Shown one piece after another: positions 48,641 through 59,214 of a stretch of DNA of 64,000 nt. Numbering within the stretch: the stretch's first letter is position 1; every line of letters starts with the position of its first letter. The notes beneath the pieces are model-generated. The model searched no databases. It saw only the letters and a program-made list of their open reading frames with translations, and was not told the DNA's origin. The stretch is taken from positions 1-64,000 of IMG/VR virus record IMGVR_UViG_3300037110_000087, one strand, 5' to 3'. Position numbers and translations under genes: made by a program.

Positions 48641-48711
48641 AGGAAGTCCTCTCTATCATATGTAACCCAGTCAGGTTAAAGAATTAGTAACTTCATTATA
48701 ACAGGGGAAGT

Positions 48712-50787
48712 ATGTCTGTAGTAGCTGTCGCCTTAGAGAACCACGTGAAATCCTCAATGAAGGAATACGCTAATTACACGGTCCTCCAAAGAGCGATTCC
48801 AAGGGTGGAGGATGGCCTCAAGCCGGTACAGCGGAGGATTCTCTACGCAATGCATTCGATCGGTCTAAAGCCCGGAGGGAAACCAGTTAAATGCGCTAGG
48901 ATCGTAGGCGAGACTCTTGGTAAATATCACCCTCATGGAGATGCCTCGACTTATGAGGCTCTGACACAAATGGGGGTACCTTGGTCTGCTAAATACCCGA
49001 TGATTGAGGCTCAGGGTAATTTTGGTAGCCTCCTGGGGGATCCCGCAGCCCATTACAGATACACCGAGGCGGGTCTGTCCGAATATGGCTACCTCCAATT
49101 TGAAGATGCTAAATACCTAAATTACATCGACAATTTCGATGGGACCTATAAAGAACCAGATGTCTTATCTAGTGTTCTACCAGTCATCCTAACCAACGGT
49201 TACAGCGGAGTTGCAGTAGGCTTTGCTGGCTCAATTCCAGCTCATTCAATCAAAGATATCGCCAATGTGGTAGTGAACAGACTCAGGGGAGAACCTTTAG
49301 TCTTGAGAGGTCCTAGCCCAGAACTCCCTTGTTTCCTCCTATCAGATGAAGAAGAGGTTGCTGAGCTATATCGGACCGGTGAGGGTTCACTCAGATGGTG
49401 TAGTCGATATATCATCAATGACAAAAAACAATTCATTACCCTCACTGGATTCGCTCCAGAAGTGACCTTATCTTCCATCAATAAGAAACTAAAAGACTTG
49501 ATCGATAAGGAACTCGTCACCATCTTTGATGATACCGGTGTTGACGTCAATATTGAAATTCAGTTCAAAGATACTCGATTGTTTCGAGAGAAAATCCTCC
49601 CTGCTATTATGTCTGTTCAACGCTACTCATTTAATGTGATTCATGACAACACTATTGAATTATTAAATCTATCACAAATTCTTGATAAGTGGATTGGACA
49701 CCGTGTTGGAATTTGGGAATTAAAAATCCAGGATTCTATCAGGGCATTTGATCTAGAGAAACGGAAAGCAGAGACTAGGCTCACCCTTATCGCGGAACAT
49801 GATAAGTGGGTGAAGATTCTTGATGAGGCAGATATCAAGAAGGTCCGGAAGGGATTTGCGGAACTGGTGGGAGAGGACATGGTGGACTACGCCCTTGATC
49901 TCCAATTCAAACAGATTTTAAAATTAGACGCAAACAAGATCAAGGCCCATCTGAAAGGGGTCAAAGAAAGTCTTAAATATTGGTCCACTACCACCCCTTA
50001 TATTGAACTAGAGAAACAAATTATTCCTTTTACTCAATACAAGGAAGATGAAACCATCACAATCATGAGGGAAGAAGATCTCCCAATGTTCAGCAATCAA
50101 AAGATCCTGAAACATTGGGTTGTCGCATCTCAGGATGTCGTTGAAGTGAGGACCACACAGCCCACAATGGGTAGGGGTTTTGTCGGTTCTGGTGTCGCCT
50201 ATAGTGATAGTAGCTTCATTATCTTCAATAAGAAGGGTGGACTCGAGCAGATCTCAGTCTACGCAATACCCAAGAAGTATGAATACCAGAAGGAGAAGTC
50301 AATTCCCTTGGCCTTGTTCCCTGAAAACATTGGGTACATCGCGGCTAGGACTTCAGATGGTTGTCTTTATATCAGGCCCAATAATGAGATTAGGGGTTAC
50401 AAAGAAATCAGTAGCATTCCTAAGACCTTCGATCAGGCTATCCTGGTCCTTCCCGGTGAATCCCTGGTCCTCAGATACAAGACTGGTATTTCTAGAACTC
50501 TGACCTTTGATCAGGTCGAAAGAAAATCTTGCAATCGAATTACCAAGGCAACTCCTGAGGCCAAGGGGTTCATGAACTTCCTAGAAACCATCACCGTAGC
50601 TGGGGAGAAAGGGGTCTTGACTAATAAAGGTTATACAGATCCGAGCAAGATCAAAGGTCTGAAATGCTACGAGGTAGGAGAACAGAACTTCGTAGTCTAT
50701 GGTGGAACCGGGGTTAGGGCACTCCTGGATAAGGCTCAAGTCGTGGATCAGATTAAGAATATCGAAATGGTACTGAGGTTAGTATGA
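48712..50787 (+). CDS. type IIA topoisomerase breakage-reunion subunit (GyrA/ParC-like)
   Basis: RAIPRVEDGLKPVQRRILYAM, YHPHGDAS, QGNFGS, RYTEA active-site Tyr. Confidence 0.95.
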   Translation: MSVVAVALENHVKSSMKEYANYTVLQRAIPRVEDGLKPVQRRILYAMHSIGLKPGGKPVKCARIVGETLGKYHPHGDASTYEALTQMGVPWSAKYPMIEAQGNFGSLLGDPAAHYRYTEAGLSEYGYLQFEDAKYLNYIDNFDGTYKEPDVLSSVLPVILTNGYSGVAVGFAGSIPAHSIKDIANVVVNRLRGEPLVLRGPSPELPCFLLSDEEEVAELYRTGEGSLRWCSRYIINDKKQFITLTGFAPEVTLSSINKKLKDLIDKELVTIFDDTGVDVNIEIQFKDTRLFREKILPAIMSVQRYSFNVIHDNTIELLNLSQILDKWIGHRVGIWELKIQDSIRAFDLEKRKAETRLTLIAEHDKWVKILDEADIKKVRKGFAELVGEDMVDYALDLQFKQILKLDANKIKAHLKGVKESLKYWSTTTPYIELEKQIIPFTQYKEDETITIMREEDLPMFSNQKILKHWVVASQDVVEVRTTQPTMGRGFVGSGVAYSDSSFIIFNKKGGLEQISVYAIPKKYEYQKEKSIPLALFPENIGYIAARTSDGCLYIRPNNEIRGYKEISSIPKTFDQAILVLPGESLVLRYKTGISRTLTFDQVERKSCNRITKATPEAKGFMNFLETITVAGEKGVLTNKGYTDPSKIKGLKCYEVGEQNFVVYGGTGVRALLDKAQVVDQIKNIEMVLRLV

Positions 50788-51260
50788 AACTTAAGTTGGA
50801 ATCAGTCTACAACACTTCTTATCTTCTATCAGAAGGGGAAGATAATTGTGTGGTTCTATTCACCTCTAAGGGTATTGTCATGATAGGGAATCTGGCTCCT
50901 TGTGGTGGAGTATTTGGTGATGGACTTGATTTTTCTTGGTTCTTAGAAAATCGGACTGAAGAGGAACTTTGTAGATACTTCCTGCATTCTTCTTTAAATG
51001 TGGCAAAATTTAAGGAATCTCTTCAACAAACTATATTATCGCTTAGAGAGCGACGAATGACTGCGAAGAGCAAAGCTAGGGAGATCTGGACTGCTCTGAA
51101 GTCAGCTGATAGAGAATGTGAACTTGTGGATATCTATTATTTATACGATGAATTCACATTTTCTATAGACCTCTATAGACACTGTATAGAATATAATGAA
51201 ATTGATAGTATGCTGTTGATGGAGATCCACCGGCAGTTTAGGGAAGCCTATAAGGAGTGA
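50784..51260 (+). CDS. hypothetical protein
   Basis: 158-aa ORF. Confidence 0.7.
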   Translation: MKLKLESVYNTSYLLSEGEDNCVVLFTSKGIVMIGNLAPCGGVFGDGLDFSWFLENRTEEELCRYFLHSSLNVAKFKESLQQTILSLRERRMTAKSKAREIWTALKSADRECELVDIYYLYDEFTFSIDLYRHCIEYNEIDSMLLMEIHRQFREAYKE

Positions 51261-51559
51261 GAATGAAATTTGAAATAATCTCTGCATACCATTACAGAAT
51301 GTTGGATGTTGAAATCTGTTTTGGCAGAACCGGAACTGTCATCTTTGGAGAAATGGTTCCCGGTGGATGTGTATTCTCCTTGGGTGGCAACAAACTCTAT
51401 GAAAGTTGGTTCTGTGAGCTTTCAGAAGAGGAATTATATGACACTTTTCTTAAAGGTCATTGGCAGTATCGAGAGGAAGATAAAACGAGAATTCTGTGCA
51501 TTCAGACTCTATTTAAAGAATGGTGGTACAAAATAAAGGAAAATAATGGAGCAGATTAA
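51257..51559 (+). CDS. hypothetical protein, weakly paralogous to 50784..51260
   Basis: Both contain G...G.V/L.PxGG...W...L.EEEL...FL. Confidence 0.65.
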   Translation: MRMKFEIISAYHYRMLDVEICFGRTGTVIFGEMVPGGCVFSLGGNKLYESWFCELSEEELYDTFLKGHWQYREEDKTRILCIQTLFKEWWYKIKENNGAD

Positions 51560-51944
51560 CAAAAATGTATTGCTTGGTTCATTCAAAGGTGCATCGGAGA
51601 AGGGTTTTATCATCGTTCCTTCCATTAATGCCAGAGAAAAAATCACCCAGGTATCCATGGGTTACGATCAGCCATGGTCTGATCTATTGTTCGTGCGGGA
51701 AAAAGATCTATTTCTGCTCCGTGTTGACGCCGATCGGGCTTATACACTGTTGCCCTTCAAGGATATGAATATAAACGTTATTAGGAAAACTGGACTGGTA
51801 ATGTTCAAGAATGTGATCGAATCATCACTTCAGATCTTTATTGGGAACCCTATCACCTACAAGGATATTGCGACGGTCGTAGAATCCAAGAATATGATAG
51901 GATATTTACATCACCAGTTCCTGAGAACTCAGAAGGGTGAGTAA
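51546..51944 (+). CDS. hypothetical protein
   Basis: 132-aa ORF. Confidence 0.7.
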   Translation: MEQINKNVLLGSFKGASEKGFIIVPSINAREKITQVSMGYDQPWSDLLFVREKDLFLLRVDADRAYTLLPFKDMNINVIRKTGLVMFKNVIESSLQIFIGNPITYKDIATVVESKNMIGYLHHQFLRTQKGE

Positions 51945-51946
51945 TC

Positions 51947-52591
51947 TTGTGTAAGGTTATTCATTTAAACAAAACTCTGAGGTATGAAGTGGTAAAAGGC
52001 CAGGATACTATTAACGCAATCTCGCAGTCTGGTCAAACCATAGTGATTTGGGTGCCCAGTGCAACAAACTTATATTCTAAAGTCACACTCCCTTTATTTT
52101 GTGATGGAAAGACTGAATTAACCCTAAATGCCTCCCCTCTGGTTCAGGAAGACCTCAGACGACAGCTTAGGATAAGTAAGAAAGGAATTCATGAGCGTGG
52201 TTTCAAGTTCGAAACAGAAGACACGGAAATGACCGCTAGGATTGTTGAACAAATTGAATACCTGCAAGAAATGAATGATGAAGAGTTTCAGAGGTTCACT
52301 AACAATGTTCTAATGAATAGCAATCAGACAATCGAGGTGGTCCTGGCTAGTCTGGATTGCGATCCAGACCAAACAATGCATAAAGTGGAGACAAATAATG
52401 GTTACTTGTCTGATCTCGTGGATAGAAGACATTCGGGATTTGGGGTTAGTATTCTTAACGATGATTATGTCGTTAATGTTCTTATGAAGAATCAACAATA
52501 CCACTGGGTTAGCTACTCGTATAAGAGTATGAAGGATTTCGCGTTTAACCCAAAGTGGTTATTTTTAGTGGACGATCCCACAGAGGTATAA
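51947..52591 (+). CDS. hypothetical protein
   Basis: 214-aa ORF. Confidence 0.7.
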   Translation: MCKVIHLNKTLRYEVVKGQDTINAISQSGQTIVIWVPSATNLYSKVTLPLFCDGKTELTLNASPLVQEDLRRQLRISKKGIHERGFKFETEDTEMTARIVEQIEYLQEMNDEEFQRFTNNVLMNSNQTIEVVLASLDCDPDQTMHKVETNNGYLSDLVDRRHSGFGVSILNDDYVVNVLMKNQQYHWVSYSYKSMKDFAFNPKWLFLVDDPTEV

Positions 52592-53425
52592 ATGCGAAAA
52601 ATCGAAACACTTTACTTATCATTAGATAAAGATATGAACGGCGGTAAGGATGCTGGTATTATCACCAGATATTTTATCAAGAAGTATTATCTGAGTGATC
52701 AGATCAAGGACGTACCCAGCTTATTCAATCGATTTGAGCGGCTATGTACTGATATTCTAGTAAATGCTCCCATGGAACAAGTAATTTTCGAGATTGGTAA
52801 GACCCTTGCTAGCATGGCTGCTTATTCCTACTGGATGGAACCGAATGAAGTTGAACATGCTCTAATGGATCAGGTCCAATTTGAGGGTAGTAATGACAAC
52901 GAAGTCGTTGTCGACTTTTATAATACTATCAAAGAGGATCTTCGGGTGGCTGGCAGTATCTTCAAGATCAAAATTCACTGTATCACCAGTGAACATAATA
53001 ATAAGTGGCCGGTTCATGAACGAGAGACTGGTTCTGATAGTTTCACCATGTACGAGCTTGAGAAGCTTGGTTTCTTTGGATTTGAAGAAGAATGGGAGGT
53101 AAAAGCTAGCAAGAAGTCCGCAGAGATTGATGTCGATAGTCTTGACTTCTCGAATCCCTTTGATAATTTGGAACTTGGAGGAGAGGTCAAAGAACAAGCC
53201 GGGGAGCAGGAATTTACCAGTCGTCCTTACCCAGCAGGCAATCTTGGTAGTGGAATTCCTGTAGCTATTCAAGCCTCAGAAATACCCACAAGACCCTCAG
53301 ACCAGAACTTCGCCAGGGTGTTTAAAGTTCAGCCAAAGACTGGACTTGAGGATATAATGGTAGGTAATTCATTGATCAAAAAGTTAGCTCAGGCTGCTAG
53401 TGCGGAAGAGGGAGAAGGACAATAG
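52592..53425 (+). CDS. hypothetical acidic protein
   Basis: 277-aa ORF. Confidence 0.75.
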   Translation: MRKIETLYLSLDKDMNGGKDAGIITRYFIKKYYLSDQIKDVPSLFNRFERLCTDILVNAPMEQVIFEIGKTLASMAAYSYWMEPNEVEHALMDQVQFEGSNDNEVVVDFYNTIKEDLRVAGSIFKIKIHCITSEHNNKWPVHERETGSDSFTMYELEKLGFFGFEEEWEVKASKKSAEIDVDSLDFSNPFDNLELGGEVKEQAGEQEFTSRPYPAGNLGSGIPVAIQASEIPTRPSDQNFARVFKVQPKTGLEDIMVGNSLIKKLAQAASAEEGEGQ

Positions 53426-53965
53426 ATGAATATCGAAAAAGTAATCGAGGATATCATGACTAAGAAGGATTCAATGGGTTACTTTTTCATAATCAACGAA
53501 GTGGTGCATCCAATGTACCTTGGTCCCTACGATGAACCCTATTCTATCGAGGTGGCCTGGGAAGTATTGTGTTCCTCGTTCCTCAATGCAATATATAAGA
53601 CAGATCTGAAGGACTGTATGAAATATGTGATCCGGGGAAAGATAGAGGACCAAATGATCGTCACTGGTAATCCGGCTCCCTACTACCTAGATCAGATCAA
53701 ATTTTGTTTTAAACTTCGGGATCCGAAAACAATTACCAATGATGAATATGCTGTTGTTAACAGTATCAATGAGAAGGATAGAGCCAAAGTAGAGAAATTA
53801 TATCAGAATTTTGATTACTTCAGTTCTCTTCCCTGGACTGTGAAATTCGAACTAAACAAATATAATACCATGGAAACTAAGGCAATTCAGGCTAGGGCTT
53901 TTACTGAGCGGTATTCTATTGCCAAGAGATTGAACAGAACGAAGGAAATAGTTCAGGTTCAATAA
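53426..53965 (+). CDS. hypothetical protein
   Basis: 179-aa ORF. Confidence 0.7.
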   Translation: MNIEKVIEDIMTKKDSMGYFFIINEVVHPMYLGPYDEPYSIEVAWEVLCSSFLNAIYKTDLKDCMKYVIRGKIEDQMIVTGNPAPYYLDQIKFCFKLRDPKTITNDEYAVVNSINEKDRAKVEKLYQNFDYFSSLPWTVKFELNKYNTMETKAIQARAFTERYSIAKRLNRTKEIVQVQ

Positions 53966-53993
53966 TCAGGTACAATAGAATAAGAGGATTGAA

Positions 53994-56606
53994 GTGATAT
54001 CAATTGGGAATCCATTAGGATCTAAATTAGACAAAATTGAAGCCATTCTAAAGAATCGTAATCATTACCTTACTGATTTGCAAATGGTGGCCACTGGTAT
54101 TGTCAAGACATTTCCTACCCCAACAGCAAAGAAGCTGGTATTGAGAGGTACTTGTGTTGATGAATGGATTAACTATCATAGTGCCATCATCACCGCTGAT
54201 TATATCCCAGGCCAGCCGACCATTCTTTATGATATTCCCTTTAACTTAGAGAATGAAACAATTTTCAATTGGCGAGGGTTCATGTGGGGAACCTCACTGA
54301 CCTCATTTGATCTGGTTGCTGGTTCTAGTGCCACGATGATTCCTCTTACTATTTATATTCCAACGGAAGAACAAATAACAATAAGTGGCTATCTGCTCTA
54401 TCCAATTGGTGAATATTTTGCTGGGGAACAGGCTATTACGGTTTCCTCCAAGCAACCTGTTATCCCTGGGGATCAGTGGTTTATTGGTAGTACACAATAC
54501 ACAGTGGAAAGTTCTTTCCTCGATCTGAACTTGAATCAGTGGGTAGTGACCTTGGCTACTCCCCTAGTAGACAACATTAGTGATGCTAATTCTATCAGAG
54601 TACAAGCATCTAGTACTCTTTATTGGCAAGATATTAATGTATCTGATATCGGTCCTTGTGTCTTGAGTCTTCCAATCCAGACCCACATGAGTCCCGATCT
54701 CTCCATCCCTGCTTCGTATGTGCAAGCCTATTCTGGCTCCACCTTGGTCAGTTCATTTATGACAGCTAATTCCACTGTCATTGTCAATAATGTCGATATT
54801 CCAACCAGAAGTTGGAAAACCGCTGTGGTGAAGAACGGAGTGATTGACTATCACAATTCCTCTGTTTATCTTATGCCAATTGAAGGCAAGGTAGTTGCCA
54901 AACTTGATCTGCAAATAGCCATTGATATGGCTAACTGGACTATAGGATTGTGGTCGGAAGAGGCTGCGAATTTGAGAGTCAGTTTAGGTGGAACTAGTAC
55001 CATTTTTAATCTAGTCCCAGGAAATCAGACTATCCTTCTCCCCACACAGGCTGGTGTAAGCTGGATAGAACTAGAGACAAATAAACAAATCCAGGTGTAC
55101 AGAGTAGGACCCACCAATTCAGTAAACACAGTGAGCGTGGCTCTTCATGTCTTTAATTCAGGCAGATCGGGATCCCATGTTTTCAAATGTCCCAAAATTT
55201 ATGGAATAGTGAAAGATTATTCATTGACCTGGGCTAATGTAAGTGAATTCAGACCAAACGCTGGTTTCTGCATGAATCCAGAAGGGTATAAATCAGAATT
55301 CCAGTATGGGTATGGGAATGTGCCCCCAATTCTTTTGGCGAGCCAACCACTGGCAGTGGCTGGTGCTCCAGTTATTCTAACTCCTTATTTTGGTGGCACT
55401 CCTGGTGTTATAACTCCGGGAAATATCCCTGCTGTCAATGGTGAGCCAATAATTGTTAATGTCCCCACCGGTGGTAGTCAGATCACCTATCAGCTATCAA
55501 CTACTAATCCTGTGGGGGAAACACAGACCACCACAACCAGTGTTTTGATCGTACAACCAGCACCACCCCCACCTTCAGCACCACCCCCTCCATCTGTTGT
55601 ATCAATCCTGGCTCTCCATGGTATTGGAGACATAGTGGATGAGAACAATGTCTACTACGATAATAAATATGTTAATGGTATCTTTAGAACTGACTATATG
55701 AACTCTATTAATGTACAGGTAGCCGACTATACTAACATCCTGGCGAGCGGGGAAGTCATTCACTCGATAGCTGCATCCACTACCAGTCTCTATATCCTAG
55801 GTGATCAAGGAACCTTCGCTGCTAAATATTTAAATAGCTCAGCTACTAGTTGGGTCATTGCTAACAATCAGAACATAAGTACTCCTAGTGGAACTGTTCA
55901 GGTCCTCAGGACTAAACTAGTCTGCGATATCAATGACAATCTCGTTTGGATGGGTGGAACCAACACAGGGGTGGCTACCAATAGCAACATTTGGAATGGA
56001 AGCGTAACTCTCATTCAAAGAATTGCTGGTATCACAGGGATGACCAACCCCGGTCCGGTCGAAGTGTTTAATGGTTATTTGATGGGAGCTAAGAAAGACT
56101 TCGATGGCACTCACATCTCCATCAGGACCACAAATGTATTCTTGGATAATTGGTATGGAAAGGTACTGAATCCTCAGTTCGTAGAGAACTCCTGCGATGC
56201 CCTCCATGTCAGTGAATCGGGTCAGGCATTCATCACTTATACCATTCCTTTCGGTGGCACTGCTATTCCGAATGGGGCACAACAGTTCATAGATGCTTCA
56301 ATAGCCAGCACTTGGAATGACTCTGATTCTAGTTATCATAAACTAATCTATTTCTATAGCATTTATGATTCCAGTCAAGCAGCTTTTGGAACACTTGAGA
56401 ACACTGGTATAGACTTGAGTGCTAGTGCTATATTTAGTGTCTTTGATTTAACTGCTCAGGTTTGGAACCCAGCTTGGGTCTTAGAGAGTGGAGTGCAGCT
56501 ACCTTTGGCCAATTCTACGGGTATGCTGCTCCCTTACACATACGCTTCTTCTGGTACTTTTGATTACCATTTGGCAATTGGTAAAGACTTTCTTGAGGGA
56601 TCTTAA
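53994..56606 (+). CDS. large virion structural protein (baseplate/tail-like)
   Basis: 870 aa, beta-rich Thr/Ser/Gly composition, poly-Pro hinge; heads a structural block. Confidence 0.55.
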   Translation: MISIGNPLGSKLDKIEAILKNRNHYLTDLQMVATGIVKTFPTPTAKKLVLRGTCVDEWINYHSAIITADYIPGQPTILYDIPFNLENETIFNWRGFMWGTSLTSFDLVAGSSATMIPLTIYIPTEEQITISGYLLYPIGEYFAGEQAITVSSKQPVIPGDQWFIGSTQYTVESSFLDLNLNQWVVTLATPLVDNISDANSIRVQASSTLYWQDINVSDIGPCVLSLPIQTHMSPDLSIPASYVQAYSGSTLVSSFMTANSTVIVNNVDIPTRSWKTAVVKNGVIDYHNSSVYLMPIEGKVVAKLDLQIAIDMANWTIGLWSEEAANLRVSLGGTSTIFNLVPGNQTILLPTQAGVSWIELETNKQIQVYRVGPTNSVNTVSVALHVFNSGRSGSHVFKCPKIYGIVKDYSLTWANVSEFRPNAGFCMNPEGYKSEFQYGYGNVPPILLASQPLAVAGAPVILTPYFGGTPGVITPGNIPAVNGEPIIVNVPTGGSQITYQLSTTNPVGETQTTTTSVLIVQPAPPPPSAPPPPSVVSILALHGIGDIVDENNVYYDNKYVNGIFRTDYMNSINVQVADYTNILASGEVIHSIAASTTSLYILGDQGTFAAKYLNSSATSWVIANNQNISTPSGTVQVLRTKLVCDINDNLVWMGGTNTGVATNSNIWNGSVTLIQRIAGITGMTNPGPVEVFNGYLMGAKKDFDGTHISIRTTNVFLDNWYGKVLNPQFVENSCDALHVSESGQAFITYTIPFGGTAIPNGAQQFIDASIASTWNDSDSSYHKLIYFYSIYDSSQAAFGTLENTGIDLSASAIFSVFDLTAQVWNPAWVLESGVQLPLANSTGMLLPYTYASSGTFDYHLAIGKDFLEGS

Positions 56607-59200
56607 TGATTACCAAGGGTAACTTAACTGCAGCTTTCTATACGAGACAAGGTGTAAACCTCTCTAGTCAATTCGATCCTCAGACCAATTTGACAACCGG
56701 GACAAACACTTTTAGCGAAGGTATGTTGTATCAGATTCATAATCAGTCCTTAGGCGCGACATCTGATTCAAATATGAGATACGCAGTCAACAATGCCATG
56801 TTCTACTTCGTGAGCAACATTCCCCCTAGCTATTCTACTAGCTGGGATTACGCCTATTCAGATGGTATCAATATTGCTGTTGGCCCTTTCTTAGTCACTC
56901 TGGCCCAAGGTTCCTCCGTAGTAGTGAAGAACAGAGTCAAGACTCCAGGTTGGTATTATAGAACCATTGGTCCAACTGGACCTGATTTTCCGACGATTGG
57001 AGTTGGTCCCAACACTCAATCCTGTGGCACCGGAGCCTTATCCTATATAATTGATACACAAATAATCAATGTCAATCATCTCGCTCAGACCCTGGTAACT
57101 GGTGTACCCTGTCAGTGCTCTTATGTCAATTATCTACTAACCGGGAATCTTGATGAATCCAATATTACGAGCATCGGGACATCTCTGCCTAATTCACTCC
57201 CGTATGGAATTTATCAATATTCTGGGTTTGGTAATAATAATCCATACGGAGCCTCTCCTTCCCTCTTCGCTGGATGTTTCTACAATACTCCTACCATTCC
57301 ACCAGACCCTTCTGGAAACTTTGTGGAAGTCTCTTACGGACAGTATCCATTTGCCAATTGGGTTATTGCTTCTGATCTAACCCCAGTGACCGATGGCCTC
57401 TTTGGACCAAAGAAATCCTGTAAAACACAGAAGATAGGGAACATTGGTGATGAGACTTGGTACTCGCTCTTCCCGACCTCTGCCGCTGCGGGTCCTTATC
57501 AATATGCCTACAACTCTTATATAGGAACTGGAGTAGATAGATCTAATCTGGTGATGAAGGTTAGTCCAGACACTTCTGGAACCCCTGTTTGGGACTTCTT
57601 CGTGTTTCCCCAATATACTGCCTGGAGAGGAGTCAAGAAGATTGGCAATATTTACTACTTCTTCGGGATGGACTACTTCGATACACCCTTTTATGGTGAG
57701 TTAGTGGTCTGGAGTTCGCCTGATTGCATTAGCTGGACTCAATTCCCAGCAATCAAGGCAGATTATTTCTTCTTTGATGAATCAAATACTGCTTATATCT
57801 TTTCATCCGCTACGTGGCAGGTATTATCCTCCTCTGATTATAATAATTGGACAGTGAGGACAGATCTATTAGTCAGTGGTAATCCACCTAGTTGGCCCTT
57901 CATACGTCCAGTTGGAATAAAGAACGGATATTATGTCGGAATAGGAGAGCTTCCCACAACTGGGAGTCCAACTCAATCTGGAATCGGCATGTACGGCTAT
58001 GAGATAGATTCATCGGCTGGGTTCAATCTGTACACTTCTTCTGATTGTCAGAGCTGGACTCTTGCTGGTAATTTCCCAATTTCTTCATCTGGAATTGATG
58101 ATTTCTGGAATTTTGACTTTGCGTGGAATTGGACACCCACTCAATTTACCTATGGGGGAAACACCATCTACGATAACTCCCAATATCAGATTGTAGGTCA
58201 TCTTCCTCCTCTGATTGGTAAGCATTGTAATGGTGTGTTGATTCTGGACTATTACTGTTCAGGTGTATTAGGGACGTTGGTTCAATCCAAAGACGGCCTA
58301 AACTGGGGTGGATTCCCTATCGCTTCTTTCTCATCGATTTCAACTATTACTAATACTGATATAAGACCCACCGGCATCACCATTTGCGGCAGTGGTAATT
58401 TATTCAACTACACCTCCAATGGATACTGGCAACTTATTGATGGTGTTGGGACCTGGATAACTGCCACTCCTTTTGGACCCAACTATAATAATGGGTTAGT
58501 ATCCGTGATCAAGGATGCGAATGGGTACTTCTCACAGATTGCTTCCCCTTTCAATATTGGAGAGTATATCTATGACAACAATATTAATTACGTTCCTGGT
58601 ACTGGAGTCACTATAGCATTTGATAGCCTTGGAGTCGTCTTTGAGGATAACCAAACGCTAGTTCCTCCTGTCGGTGTCTTGGTTCCCACAATCTCACTGA
58701 ATGGCGTTACTGCAGCGACAGTTCAAACCCAGGGTGCACTGGGATGGATACCAGTGGTTAATTTGCCAATTGTTGGTAATACTATTGATATTTCAGTAAT
58801 TAAACTCTCAAATATAGAATACGAGACTTCAAGTTATTGTTTCTTCCTGAATGTATCAGTTGAGAATATTAATTCTACCATCGTGTCTAACGTCAACTTT
58901 GGAATTACTGGTGATTCAGTCGGTAATGAAATAGACTTTATGGTCTTTAATAATTTAGATGGAACATACACGATCCAACTCTGGTACCCCGCTCCTGGGT
59001 CTAATTATCCAAGTGGTGAAGGAATAATAGGGTATCCTAGTTCTCTACCCTCACCTACTATTCAGAATATCTCGATTACTCCAATCATTGATTATAAATA
59101 TATCCCAATCGGAACTACTCCCACTGGGACAACTCCAAATACCCAAGTGATTGGGGCCGTCTTCAATGAAAGCTACACCATTAACTTCTCTACACCTTAA
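56606..59200 (+). CDS. large virion structural protein, possible beta-propeller region
   Basis: 864 aa with repeated S.D...W motifs (SPDCISW, SSDYNNW, SSDCQSW, SKDGLNW; BNR/Asp-box-like). Confidence 0.55.
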   Translation: MITKGNLTAAFYTRQGVNLSSQFDPQTNLTTGTNTFSEGMLYQIHNQSLGATSDSNMRYAVNNAMFYFVSNIPPSYSTSWDYAYSDGINIAVGPFLVTLAQGSSVVVKNRVKTPGWYYRTIGPTGPDFPTIGVGPNTQSCGTGALSYIIDTQIINVNHLAQTLVTGVPCQCSYVNYLLTGNLDESNITSIGTSLPNSLPYGIYQYSGFGNNNPYGASPSLFAGCFYNTPTIPPDPSGNFVEVSYGQYPFANWVIASDLTPVTDGLFGPKKSCKTQKIGNIGDETWYSLFPTSAAAGPYQYAYNSYIGTGVDRSNLVMKVSPDTSGTPVWDFFVFPQYTAWRGVKKIGNIYYFFGMDYFDTPFYGELVVWSSPDCISWTQFPAIKADYFFFDESNTAYIFSSATWQVLSSSDYNNWTVRTDLLVSGNPPSWPFIRPVGIKNGYYVGIGELPTTGSPTQSGIGMYGYEIDSSAGFNLYTSSDCQSWTLAGNFPISSSGIDDFWNFDFAWNWTPTQFTYGGNTIYDNSQYQIVGHLPPLIGKHCNGVLILDYYCSGVLGTLVQSKDGLNWGGFPIASFSSISTITNTDIRPTGITICGSGNLFNYTSNGYWQLIDGVGTWITATPFGPNYNNGLVSVIKDANGYFSQIASPFNIGEYIYDNNINYVPGTGVTIAFDSLGVVFEDNQTLVPPVGVLVPTISLNGVTAATVQTQGALGWIPVVNLPIVGNTIDISVIKLSNIEYETSSYCFFLNVSVENINSTIVSNVNFGITGDSVGNEIDFMVFNNLDGTYTIQLWYPAPGSNYPSGEGIIGYPSSLPSPTIQNISITPIIDYKYIPIGTTPTGTTPNTQVIGAVFNESYTINFSTP

Positions 59201-59214
59201 CCTTCAGGAAACCC

